A stretch of DNA of 61,084 nt from a bacterium (lineage in GTDB: Bacteria > Patescibacteriota > Minisyncoccia > Minisyncoccales > PWPS01), in contig JAGYMX010000001.1 of assembly GCA_018400405.1 (NCBI GenBank), positions 1-61,084 of the forward strand. The letters are read 5' to 3'. Numbering within the stretch: position 1 is the stretch's first letter; each line of letters opens with the position of its first letter. A model generated the notes under the pieces. The model ran no database searches and was not told the origin of the DNA. It saw only the letters and a program-made list of their open reading frames with translations. Both the position numbers and the translations under genes were made by a program. This document shows positions 27,528-36,485 of this stretch, in pieces.

Positions 27528-29435
27528 TTAAATATCAAGGTTTCCAACTTCTTTCGCGTGTGTTTTAATAAAATTTTTCCTCAGCGCAACCTCTTGCCCC
27601 ATTAGTGCATCAAAAATTCGATCTGCTTCTTTCGCATCTTCTATCGTTACTTGAAGAAGTATTCTGTTTTCTGGATTCATCGTTGTTTCCCAAAGCTGAG
27701 AGGGATTCATTTCTCCTAAACCTTTGTATCTTTGTATATCTACAGAATCACTTTTTATATCTTCTAGTATCTCTGCTTTATCTTCCTCTGTATAAGCATA
27801 CTCTACCCTTTTCCCCGCCTGAATTTTATAGAGAGGAGGTCGTGCAACATAAAGATAACCCTTTTCAATCATTGGCTTAAAGTAGCGGAAAAAAAGAGTA
27901 AGGAGAAGAGTTTTGATGTGATTTCCATCAGAATCTGCATCACACATAATGATTATGCGATGATAGCGAAGTTTTTCTATATCAAAATCATCAGCAATTG
28001 CTGTTCCCAACGCAATAATTAATGATTTTACTTCTTTTGATTCCAAGATTTTGTTCAAACGATATCTTTCAACGTTAAGAATTTTTCCTCTCAGTGGAAG
28101 AATTGCTTGAAAACGCCTATCTCTTGCTCCTTTACAACTTCCTCCCGCTGATTCCCCCTCTACGATATAAAGCTCTGATTCTTCCGGTTTTCTTGTTGAA
28201 CAATCAGCAAGTTTCCCTGGAAGTGAAAGCCCTTCTAAGACACCTTTGCGAAGAACGGTTTCTCTTACTGCTCTCGCCGCTTTTCTTGCTTTTGCAGAGA
28301 GAATGCACTTGCCTATAATTGCTCTTGCTTCTTGAGGGTTTCTTTCAAAAAAATCAACAAGATGCTCAGAAATTAGTAATTCTGTAGCCGATCTTGCCTC
28401 TACATTTCCCAACTTTGCTTTTGTTTGTCCTTCAAACTGCGGTTCATTAATTTTTACAGAGATAACACCTGTAAGTCCTTCCCTTATATCTTCTCCTTTT
28501 AAATTATCATCGTTTTCTTTCAAAAACCCTTCTCTTTTTGCATAGTTGTTAATTGTTTTTGTCAAAGCTACACGGAAACCGGTAAGATGTGTTCCCCCTT
28601 CACGTGTGTTGATGTTATTTGCAAAACTTTCTTCATAAACCTCATACTCCTGTGAATAACGGAAAGCAGCTTCAATAAGCACTCCCTCTCTTTCTCCATT
28701 ACAATAAAAAACTGTTGGATGTATTGGTTCAATTCCACGAGTTAAAAATTTAACATAAGAAGATATTCCTCCTTCAAAGTAAAAAGCATGTTTTTTCTCT
28801 ACTTCTTTTCTACGGTCAATAAAACTGATCCTGATTCCTTTTGTAAGATATGCTTGCTGACGAAGATGGTCAATTATCTTTTTCGGATTAAAAACAGAGT
28901 TTTTAAATATCTCTCGGTCAGGTTTAAAAATAATTTTTGTTCCTGTTTTTTTTGTTTTTTCTCCTTTTTTTAAATTGGCAAGTACCCTCCCCCGTTCATA
29001 CTCCTGATAGTAAATATATCCGTCACGAGAAACTTCTACCCTCATCCATTCAGAGAGAGCACAAACTACAGATATTCCCACTCCGTGAAGCCCTCCGGAA
29101 ACTTGATACGCCTTACTTCCAAACTTTGCTCCTGCATGAAGTGTTGTCATCACTGTTTCTACCGCTGGTCTCCCCGTTTCTGCATGTTTATCAACGGGGA
29201 TCCCTCTTCCATCATCGCTTACTTCTACTTTATCATCATCATGAAGCACCACTGTTCCTTCGTTCCCATATCCTCCCATGAACTCATCAATAAAGTTATC
29301 TACACACTCCCATATAAGATGATGTAAACCATCACTGTCCGTGGAACCAATATACATTCCTGGTCTCTTCCGAACAGGGTCAAGTCCCTTTAAAACACTT
29401 ATATCTTTTGCATTATATTCTGATTTTTTAGACAT
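27528..29435 (-). CDS. gyrB: DNA gyrase subunit B
   Basis: VRKRPGMYIG, SGGLHGVG, VEGESAGG, PLRGKILN, QRYKGLGEMNP. Confidence 0.95.
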   Translation of the reverse strand: MSKKSEYNAKDISVLKGLDPVRKRPGMYIGSTDSDGLHHLIWECVDNFIDEFMGGYGNEGTVVLHDDDKVEVSDDGRGIPVDKHAETGRPAVETVMTTLHAGAKFGSKAYQVSGGLHGVGISVVCALSEWMRVEVSRDGYIYYQEYERGRVLANLKKGEKTKKTGTKIIFKPDREIFKNSVFNPKKIIDHLRQQAYLTKGIRISFIDRRKEVEKKHAFYFEGGISSYVKFLTRGIEPIHPTVFYCNGEREGVLIEAAFRYSQEYEVYEESFANNINTREGGTHLTGFRVALTKTINNYAKREGFLKENDDNLKGEDIREGLTGVISVKINEPQFEGQTKAKLGNVEARSATELLISEHLVDFFERNPQEARAIIGKCILSAKARKAARAVRETVLRKGVLEGLSLPGKLADCSTRKPEESELYIVEGESAGGSCKGARDRRFQAILPLRGKILNVERYRLNKILESKEVKSLIIALGTAIADDFDIEKLRYHRIIIMCDADSDGNHIKTLLLTLFFRYFKPMIEKGYLYVARPPLYKIQAGKRVEYAYTEEDKAEILEDIKSDSVDIQRYKGLGEMNPSQLWETTMNPENRILLQVTIEDAKEADRIFDALMGQEVALRKNFIKTHAKEVGNLDI

Positions 29436-29474
29436 AATAAATAAACTATCTTACATTTTTTTGAATAATAGCGC

Positions 29475-31472
29475 TTATCTTCTTACTTTCCAGTCCGAAA
29501 CATCCTCTAGTGCTTTTATCACTTTTTCTTGCAAATTATTCGCTTCTTGCGAAGAAAGAGTTTTATTTTTTGACTGAAATGTTAAACGAAAAGCAAAACT
29601 TTTCATTTCTTGAGGTATTCCTTTTCCTTCATAAAAATCAAAAAGCTCAATTTTTCTAAGTACCAATCCTCCTTCTTTGTTTATTTTCTTTTGAACATCT
29701 TCATAAGAAACATCTTTTGGGACAAGAACAGCAATATCTCTAATTAAAGAAGGAAATTTAAAAATTGGTTTGTATTCTACTTTTTCTCTGTAAAATTTTT
29801 TTAACTTTGAAAAATCAAATTCTACAATCAATGGATTGCTTTTAATTTTCATCTCTTTTCTCACTTTTTGAGAGAGTTTTCCTAAAAATCCGATACATTC
29901 GTTTTGAAAAATAATTTTTGCAGAAGAGAAATTTTCAAAAAAAGTTCTTTTTTCGCATTCAGTATAAGAAATATCTTCTAAAAAGATTTTCTTTAAAAAA
30001 GAATCTATCTTCCCTTTTATTGTATAAAAATTATCCGTAGAAGAAATTACTGCCATCTTTTTTTCTTCTTTTACCTCCCCTTCTTTTTTTAAAAATACTT
30101 TTCCTGTTTCAAACAAACCAATCTCTTCATAGTTTTTTTCATTCTCTTGAAGATTTTTTAGAAGTCCAGGAATAAGAGATGGGCGTAAGAACTTAAACTC
30201 TAAACTTGCTGGTTTTTCCATCTCAATCAATTCTTCTCTCTTAAAAAACTCTGCATACTTTTCGTTAATGAAAGAATAATTGTACGTTTCTGAGAACCCA
30301 AAACCTTTCCATATCTCACGACAATTGGTTTCTATGTGGAAGTTATTTTCTTTGGAGGGAATAATATCTTCTTTTGGATTCTCTGGAGATATATTTTCGT
30401 ATCCATAAATTCTTCCTATTTCTTCAATAATATCTTCTTTTATCTCTACATCTATACGAAAATAAGGAGCAGTAACAGAAAATAGATCTTTTTCTCTTTG
30501 AACCTTAAAATTAAGTGCTCTCAAAACTCTTTCTACCTCTTTGTAGGAAATCGCCGTTCCAAGAACACTTCTTACGTCATCTATGTTAAAATGGATAATT
30601 TTTTCTTTCCTTTTTTCCGGATAATAGTCAACTACATTTTTAAAAACCTGTCCTCCAGCAGTCTGTGAAATTAAAGAAACTGCACGATCAATTGCTATCT
30701 TCGTAAGCTCAAGGGGTATCCCGTGTTCAAATCTCAAAGATGCATCAGTTCTTAATTTTAAGTACTGAGAACCCTTCCTTACTGTTATTGGGTCAAAATT
30801 TGCCGCTTCTAAAAAAATAGTTTCCGTTTCTTTATCTACTTCAGGAACAATTCCTCCTTTAATTCCCGCAATACCAATCGGAGAAAGTTCATCGGAAATA
30901 ACCAAAATACTATCTCGTAAATCGTATCTTTTTTCATCTAATGTAACAATCTTTTCTCTTTTCTTTGCATAACGGACAATTATTTTTTCTCCTTCTATCT
31001 TTTTTGCGTCAAATGCATGAAGGGGTTGCCCTGTTTCAAGCATTACATAATTTGTCACATCCACAACATTATTTATCGGTCTTATCCCGCAAGATTTCAA
31101 TCTTGCCTGAATATAAGAGGGAGAACTTTTTACTTTTACCCCCTCTACTCCAGAAAGCGTATACCTTAAACACCCTCCCCTTACTTCTACACTGGCTTTT
31201 TCATTAATATCTTTTCCATATTTTTTTATTTTTGTTTCCGGCATTACAAAATCTTCTCCGGTAATCGCTGCTATCTCTCGAGCAACTCCCATATGAGAAA
31301 GACAATCCCCCGCTCTACTTGAGAGTATATCTATGTCAAGTACAAAATCTTTTCCCTTTTTTTCAATATCTTCTACTTCAAAAAAATGCATCATTAAAAG
31401 ATCGGCAAGTTTTTCTGGAGAAGGAAGTTTCTTTTTAAAAAATGATTGTAAAAAATTATAAGAAAATTTCAT
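29475..31472 (-). CDS. pheT: Phenylalanine--tRNA ligase beta subunit (short form)
   Basis: R.GDCLSH.G.AREI, INNVVDVTNYVMLETGQPLHAFD, TDASLRFE, DIIEEIGRIYGY, FDX-ACB C-terminus. Confidence 0.95.
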   Translation of the reverse strand: MKFSYNFLQSFFKKKLPSPEKLADLLMMHFFEVEDIEKKGKDFVLDIDILSSRAGDCLSHMGVAREIAAITGEDFVMPETKIKKYGKDINEKASVEVRGGCLRYTLSGVEGVKVKSSPSYIQARLKSCGIRPINNVVDVTNYVMLETGQPLHAFDAKKIEGEKIIVRYAKKREKIVTLDEKRYDLRDSILVISDELSPIGIAGIKGGIVPEVDKETETIFLEAANFDPITVRKGSQYLKLRTDASLRFEHGIPLELTKIAIDRAVSLISQTAGGQVFKNVVDYYPEKRKEKIIHFNIDDVRSVLGTAISYKEVERVLRALNFKVQREKDLFSVTAPYFRIDVEIKEDIIEEIGRIYGYENISPENPKEDIIPSKENNFHIETNCREIWKGFGFSETYNYSFINEKYAEFFKREELIEMEKPASLEFKFLRPSLIPGLLKNLQENEKNYEEIGLFETGKVFLKKEGEVKEEKKMAVISSTDNFYTIKGKIDSFLKKIFLEDISYTECEKRTFFENFSSAKIIFQNECIGFLGKLSQKVRKEMKIKSNPLIVEFDFSKLKKFYREKVEYKPIFKFPSLIRDIAVLVPKDVSYEDVQKKINKEGGLVLRKIELFDFYEGKGIPQEMKSFAFRLTFQSKNKTLSSQEANNLQEKVIKALEDVSDWKVRR

Positions 31473-31491
31473 ATCTTTTTATTTAAACAGG

Positions 31492-32517
31492 TTAAAACTG
31501 TTTCAAAAACCTTAAATCTCCACCATAAAAAAGGCGTATATCATTAATTTTGTGCTCAATCATTGCTACACGATCAAGCCCAACTCCAAAAGCAAATCCG
31601 TTAAACTTGGAAGAATCCACTTTTGCATTTTCTAAAACATTTGGATGTACCATTCCCGCTCCTACTATTTCGATCCAACCGGTATGACTACACGTTGAAC
31701 AACCTTTCATTTTACAAATAGAACAACTAACATCAACCTCAAAAGAGGGTTCTGTAAAAGGAAAAAAAGAAGGACGAAGACGAAGCTGAACATCGCTCTG
31801 AAAAAGTTCGCGGAAAAAATACCCGATAACGGACTTAAAGTTAGCAACGGATATCTTTTCTCCTATCATGAGTCCTTCAAGTTGATAAAAATTTATTTCA
31901 TGAGAGCTATCGGTTGTTTCATTTCGAAAAACTCTTCCGGGGACAATTATGCGAAAAGGAGGTTTTCTTCCTTCCATATATCTTACCTGAACGCAAGATG
32001 TGTGAGTTCGCATTAAAAGTTTTTCTTTCTCGGAAAGATTTTCCCTATTTTTTTGCTTAACAAAAAGAGTATCTTGCATTTCTCGAACGGGATGATCTTT
32101 TTTAAAATTAAGTGCATCAAAATTGTACCATTCGTTTTCTAACTCTGGACCCTCAACAACCGTAAAACCCATTTTAGAAAAAATATTTTCGCATCTTTCT
32201 TGAAGTTTTGTAAGAGGATGAATACTTCCAATCTGAGGACTTTCTCCTGGAAAAGTAACATCTATTTTCCCTTTTTCTTTTCTGTTCTTTTCTCCTCCCT
32301 GTTTCATCTCTTCTAAAATAATCTTTTTCAGTTCGTTTGCCATCTTCCCTATCTCTCCTTTCTTTTCTGAGGTAAGTTCTTTTAACGAACAAAAAACAGA
32401 GGAGAGTTCTTCCTCTATATATTTTTTGCAGATCTTTTTCTTCCTTTCTGTGCTTTTTTCTTTCTTTATTTCTTCTAAAAATTTTGTTTTTATCTCTTCT
32501 ATTTTATCTCTCGTCAT
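31492..32517 (-). CDS. pheS: Phenylalanine--tRNA ligase alpha subunit
   Basis: YNFDALN...HP.R.MQDT, RTHTS.VQ, FFPFTEPS.E, GFAFG.G.DR. Confidence 0.97.
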   Translation of the reverse strand: MTRDKIEEIKTKFLEEIKKEKSTERKKKICKKYIEEELSSVFCSLKELTSEKKGEIGKMANELKKIILEEMKQGGEKNRKEKGKIDVTFPGESPQIGSIHPLTKLQERCENIFSKMGFTVVEGPELENEWYNFDALNFKKDHPVREMQDTLFVKQKNRENLSEKEKLLMRTHTSCVQVRYMEGRKPPFRIIVPGRVFRNETTDSSHEINFYQLEGLMIGEKISVANFKSVIGYFFRELFQSDVQLRLRPSFFPFTEPSFEVDVSCSICKMKGCSTCSHTGWIEIVGAGMVHPNVLENAKVDSSKFNGFAFGVGLDRVAMIEHKINDIRLFYGGDLRFLKQF

Positions 32518-32523
32518 AGTTTA

Positions 32524-32552
32524 ATTTTAGCTTAAAAAGAACAAAAAATCAA
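32524..32552 (-). promoter_or_regulatory. Putative pheS promoter, predicted leaderless
   Basis: TTGATT-17nt-TAAAAT with only 6 nt between the -10 and the ATG. Confidence 0.5.
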
Positions 32553-32685
32553 ACTTATTTTTCCTTAAAAAGTGTTTTTTAAAAAAATATTTATCTTTTT
32601 TTTAGAACTAAATATTTAGAATAAAAATTAAAAAAATATTCTTTTTTTTCATAAAAAAACACTTTATAAAAGTGATTTTTACGTC

Positions 32686-32751
32686 TGCGTAGACGATGGG
32701 GTTTGCTCGGTTATTCAACCGGACGAGAGTCGAACAACTCCCGAACCCACG
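32686..32751 (-). pseudogene. Duplicated 3' end (T-arm plus acceptor strand) of tRNA-Asp with a 38-nt insertion in the T-loop
   Basis: CGTGGGTTC[38 nt]AAACCCCATCGTCTACGCA versus CGTGGGTTC-AAATCCCATCGCCTGCGCA in the adjacent tRNA-Asp; 25/28 identical outside the insert. Confidence 0.8.
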
Positions 32752-32781
32752 TTAGGTTATATAGTAAATGAGGTTTTTTTG

Positions 32782-32857
32782 CGCAGGCGATGGGATTTGA
32801 ACCCACGGTCTCCTCCGTGACAGGGAGGCGCTTTAAGCCGGGCTAAGCTACGCCTGC
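32782..32857 (-). tRNA. tRNA-Asp(GTC)
   Basis: Full cloverleaf: GCAGGCG...CCTCC-CTGTCAC-GGAGG...GTGGG-TTCAAAT-CCCAT-CGCCTGC-G. CCA not encoded. Confidence 0.96.
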
Positions 32858-32876
32858 AAATTTTTAAACTTTACTG

Positions 32877-32949
32877 TGCCGGTGGAGGGATTTGAACCCC
32901 CGACCTAATGCTTATGATGCATCCGCTCTAACCACTGAGCTACACCGGC
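32877..32949 (-). tRNA. tRNA with CAT anticodon, probably elongator tRNA-Met (Ile2 not excluded)
   Basis: GCCGGTG...GATGC-ATCATAA-GCATT...GGGGG-TTCAAAT-CCCTC-CACCGGC-A. CCA not encoded. Confidence 0.9.
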
Positions 32950-33063
32950 TCTCTTTCTTCGTTTTCTTTATTCCTTGCCGGTAAGACCCCTATAAATCCG
33001 ATAAACCGCAAACATCATAGCGTTTTTCGTGAACTTTTATAATCTATCTGTGTTCTAAAATTG

Positions 33064-33134
33064 TTGCGGGGCCAGGATTCGAACCTGGAACTTAGGGTTA
33101 TGGGCCCTAAATGATACCATTTCACTACCCCGCT
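33064..33134 (-). tRNA. Initiator tRNA-fMet(CAT)
   Basis: 1:72 mismatch (A:A) and three G-C pairs in the anticodon stem TAGGG-CCCATAA-CCCTA. CCA not encoded. Confidence 0.92.
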
Positions 33135-33153
33135 AAGTTTATACGACTACTGT

Positions 33154-33181
33154 ATATTATAATAATATTAGAAAATGTCAA
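33154..33181 (-). promoter_or_regulatory. Putative promoter of the tRNA cluster
   Basis: TTGACA-16nt-TAATAT, ~20 nt upstream of tRNA-fMet. Confidence 0.55.
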
Positions 33182-33186
33182 TATTT

Positions 33187-33735
33187 TTAAAAAATCTGTA
33201 AATCTTTAAACGTTTCTTCGTAAACAGAAACAACTCTTACCGCTTCTTCTTGTGAAAGTTTTTTACTCGGGTCATAAACAATATCTCTTCTTTCCCGGTG
33301 AGCGTCTCGAAGCTCTTCTATGTTTGGAATAATCTCTTTACTTAATCCCTCCAGCTTCTCTAATAGGTTTTCTCCTTCATAACCCATTTGAAAAAGAATA
33401 TCGTCAATCATTTCATCCGCTTCAATGACCGCTATCTTTCTTTCTGCCTCATTTTCACTTTTTGCTGAACCAATAACTTCTTTCCAGTCTTTTCTAATTT
33501 TTAAATCTGTATACGGCTTTGCTTTCTTAAATTCTGTATAAGTCTCCTTAAATCTGTACTTTAAATAGTCATTTACAGACAAAAGAAAAAAAAGCATTCC
33601 GATAAAAAAAGCGGAAATAAGAAAAAATATAAAGCGTAAAAGCCACCATACATTAAAAAAAGGAGAGGGCATAAGAGAAGGATTCATTAGATAATAAAAA
33701 ATAGCTTCTACTAATTCTTTTACTTGTTCAACCAT
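33187..33735 (-). CDS. Hypothetical membrane-anchored helical protein (possible HEPN/DUF4145-like domain)
   Basis: N-terminal TM helix, then KIAVIEAD..IDDIL...GY.G..L.EKL...AHRERRDIVYD. Confidence 0.8.
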   Translation of the reverse strand: MVEQVKELVEAIFYYLMNPSLMPSPFFNVWWLLRFIFFLISAFFIGMLFFLLSVNDYLKYRFKETYTEFKKAKPYTDLKIRKDWKEVIGSAKSENEAERKIAVIEADEMIDDILFQMGYEGENLLEKLEGLSKEIIPNIEELRDAHRERRDIVYDPSKKLSQEEAVRVVSVYEETFKDLQIF

Positions 33736-35111
33736 ATTTTTTCAAATTTTTCTGTAGCAAAAAATAAAATGTCTTCATGAAATCTTTTCGCTAAAATTTG
33801 TGCCCCTACAGGAAGCCCTTTACTTTCTCCACAAGGAAGAGAAATCGCGGGAAGTCCTGCAAGATTTGCTGTTACTGTAAAGATATCAGAAAGGTGCATA
33901 GAAAGAGGGTCTTCTATCTTCTCTCCTATTTTAAAAGGGAGCGTCGGGGTTACAGGAGTAAGAATTACATCAACCTTTCGAAATGCTTTATCAAAATCTT
34001 CAGCAATAAGAGATCTTATTTTCTGTGCTTTTATATAATACGCATCATAATAACCCGCAGAAAGAGAGTAAGTTCCTAGAATAATTCTTCTTTTAACTTC
34101 TTTTCCAAAACCTTCTCCTCTATTCTTCAGATATGCTTCTTCTATTGTTTTCGCTTTTGGACGCTCAAACTCTAAACCATAACGTATTCCATCGTAACGT
34201 GCCATATTTGCAGAAACTTCCGAAGCCATAATAATTTCATAAGCAGGTAGGGCATACTCCGTATGCGGCAAACTTATCTCTTCTATCTCAAAATCTGATC
34301 CTTTTATTTTTGCAATCGCTTTTTCTATATTCTTCTTTATATCTTCTTCAATCCCTTTTACAAAGTATTCTTTCGGAATCCCAATTTTTATTTTATTTTT
34401 TACTTTTTTACGCAAAAGATCACTCGTTACCGAATCACGGTAATCTTTTCCTTGAATCGCTTCAAAAATAATTTTTGCATCTTCTACACTATTTGCAAAA
34501 GGCCCTACTTGGTCAAAAGAAGAAGCCATGCTCATTACTCCACTTCGAGAAACAGTTCCATATGTCGGCTTAAAACCCACTACACCGCAAAAAGCCGCCG
34601 GTTGTCTAATAGATCCACCAGTATCAGATCCAATTCCCGCATTACACATTTTATCAGCAACTGCCGCGGCTGGGCCACCGGAAGAACCTCCAGGAACCCT
34701 TTGTGTGTTCAATGGATTTTTTGTCGGTCCAAAAGAAGAATTTTCTGTAGAAGAGCCCATTGCAAACTCATCTAAATTTCCTTTCCCAATAAAAACTCCT
34801 CCTTTTTCTTTTATCTTTTCAATGACAGTAGCGTCAAAAGGAGCGATATAATGTTCAAGTATCTTTGATCCTGCAGTACAACGCTCTCCTTTTATCAAAA
34901 TATTATCTTTAATGACAAAGACCGCGCCGTAAAGGGGAAGGTTTTTATCTTTTTTCTCCATCTCTTCTTGTGCATTTTCAAAAACAGAAAGAAGAGCATT
35001 AATCTCTTTATTTCTTTCTTTTATCCGTGAAAGAAAAGAAGAAACAACTTTTTTGGGAGAAGTTTTCCCGCTTCTTAATTTTTCTTGAGTTTCTTTGATT
35101 GTTGTTTTCAT
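33720..35111 (-). CDS. gatA: Asp/Glu-tRNA amidotransferase subunit A
   Basis: KDNI, NLDEFAMGSSTE, PGGSSGG, GSDTGGSIRQPA, RYDGIRYG. Confidence 0.97.
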   Translation of the reverse strand: MKTTIKETQEKLRSGKTSPKKVVSSFLSRIKERNKEINALLSVFENAQEEMEKKDKNLPLYGAVFVIKDNILIKGERCTAGSKILEHYIAPFDATVIEKIKEKGGVFIGKGNLDEFAMGSSTENSSFGPTKNPLNTQRVPGGSSGGPAAAVADKMCNAGIGSDTGGSIRQPAAFCGVVGFKPTYGTVSRSGVMSMASSFDQVGPFANSVEDAKIIFEAIQGKDYRDSVTSDLLRKKVKNKIKIGIPKEYFVKGIEEDIKKNIEKAIAKIKGSDFEIEEISLPHTEYALPAYEIIMASEVSANMARYDGIRYGLEFERPKAKTIEEAYLKNRGEGFGKEVKRRIILGTYSLSAGYYDAYYIKAQKIRSLIAEDFDKAFRKVDVILTPVTPTLPFKIGEKIEDPLSMHLSDIFTVTANLAGLPAISLPCGESKGLPVGAQILAKRFHEDILFFATEKFEKIWLNK

Positions 35112-35145
35112 CTTACAAGCTATTTCATCTTTAAAAAGAAAGCAT

Positions 35146-35430
35146 TTAAAGTATAGATTCCACTTTTAGATAGTCGTTTTTATCTTTTCCCATTTCCATC
35201 ATCTTTTTTTGCGTCTCCCTATCTACTGTTCTTGATTCGTCTTCACGAACTACATTTTTCAATTCCGGAAAATGAAAAAGTGGTTCTACGGAATCCGTAC
35301 CTATATCACTTAGTTTTTGAATATACTCTAAAATAGATTTAAGTTGACTAGGAACCTCCGACAACTCTTTTTTGCTTAATCGAATACGCGCAAGATGTGC
35401 TAATTTTTCAACTTCTTTTTTTTCAATCAT
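35146..35430 (-). CDS. gatC: Asp/Glu-tRNA amidotransferase subunit C
   Basis: EV.KLAHLARI.L, NVVRED; upstream of gatA. Confidence 0.92.
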   Translation of the reverse strand: MIEKKEVEKLAHLARIRLSKKELSEVPSQLKSILEYIQKLSDIGTDSVEPLFHFPELKNVVREDESRTVDRETQKKMMEMGKDKNDYLKVESIL

Positions 35431-35432
35431 AT

Positions 35433-36485
35433 TTATTTTGGAGGTTCAATATCTTTTGTTTCTAAAAATACTTCCTCATAGCCATCAAGATGTTCCAGAG
35501 CATATCCTGCTCCACGAACAACAGCTGTAAGGGGGTCATCACCCACTTTTGTTTTTATCTTTACTTCTTCTTCAATAAGTTTATCTAATCCCCGCAAAAG
35601 ACTTCCTCCCCCCAAAAGGTGTATCCCTTCGGACATAATGTCTGCAAGAAGCTCCGGAGGAGTTTCTTCAACAGTATCTTTAATTGTTTTCACAATCTCT
35701 TTTACCGACTTTTCCATTGCTTTTCTTATATCAGCATCAGTAACAGTAACTTCTTCTGGAAGACCAGTGACAAGATTTCTTCCTTTAATAGTTGTTTCTT
35801 CTTTTTCTTTAAGTGGAGAAGCAGAACCAATTCTTATTTTTACATCTTCTGCTGTTCTTTCTCCAATAAGAAGTTTAAACTCTCTTTCTGCATAATTAAT
35901 AATATCTTCGTTAAGCTTATCTCCCGCAACGCGCAAACTCCTCGAAATAACCACTCCTCCAAGAGAAATAACCGCTACCTCGGTGGTCCCTCCTCCAATA
36001 TCCACAACAAAGTTTCCTCCCGGATCTTGAATAGAGAGACGAACCCCAATAGCGGCAGCCATCGGCTCCTCTATAAGATAAACTTTCCCTGCTCCGGCAT
36101 TTCTTCCTGCATCTTCTACTGCTCTTCTTTCTACTTCAGTAACTCCGCAAGGAATTCCAATAACAACTCTTGGCCGAGCATGGAGGGGAAAACGATCTTC
36201 ATATGCTTTTTCTATGAAGTAGCGAAGCATCTGTTCAGTCACATCAAAGTCGGAAACTACCCCTGAAACGAGTGGTCTTGTCGCCACAATATGGCTTGGT
36301 GTTTTTCCTACCATCTTTCTTGCTTCTTCTCCAATTGCTAAAATCTGTCCAGTCTTGTTATTTACTGCTACTACAGAAGGCTCAGACATCGTAATTCCTT
36401 TTCCCCTTACATAAACCAAGCAGTTTGCCGTACCAAGATCAATCCCAATATCCAAAGAAAGTTTACTAAATATTTTTTTGAACAT
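35433..36485 (-). CDS. mreB: Rod shape-determining protein MreB
   Basis: IGIDLGTAN, EPSVVA, EEPMAAAIG, VDIGGGTTEVAVISLGG. Confidence 0.96.
   Translation of the reverse strand: MFKKIFSKLSLDIGIDLGTANCLVYVRGKGITMSEPSVVAVNNKTGQILAIGEEARKMVGKTPSHIVATRPLVSGVVSDFDVTEQMLRYFIEKAYEDRFPLHARPRVVIGIPCGVTEVERRAVEDAGRNAGAGKVYLIEEPMAAAIGVRLSIQDPGGNFVVDIGGGTTEVAVISLGGVVISRSLRVAGDKLNEDIINYAEREFKLLIGERTAEDVKIRIGSASPLKEKEETTIKGRNLVTGLPEEVTVTDADIRKAMEKSVKEIVKTIKDTVEETPPELLADIMSEGIHLLGGGSLLRGLDKLIEEEVKIKTKVGDDPLTAVVRGAGYALEHLDGYEEVFLETKDIEPPK

Noticed and set aside
33044..33060. CTATCTGTGTT...CTAAA shared with the intergenic region at ~52120-52139
   Set aside because: Only an 11-nt exact match in two copies; not distinguishable from chance without a genome-wide count.
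32950..33063. Spacer between the two CAT tRNAs as a small ORF or ncRNA
   Set aside because: No convincing ORF, cloverleaf or stable structure found by eye.
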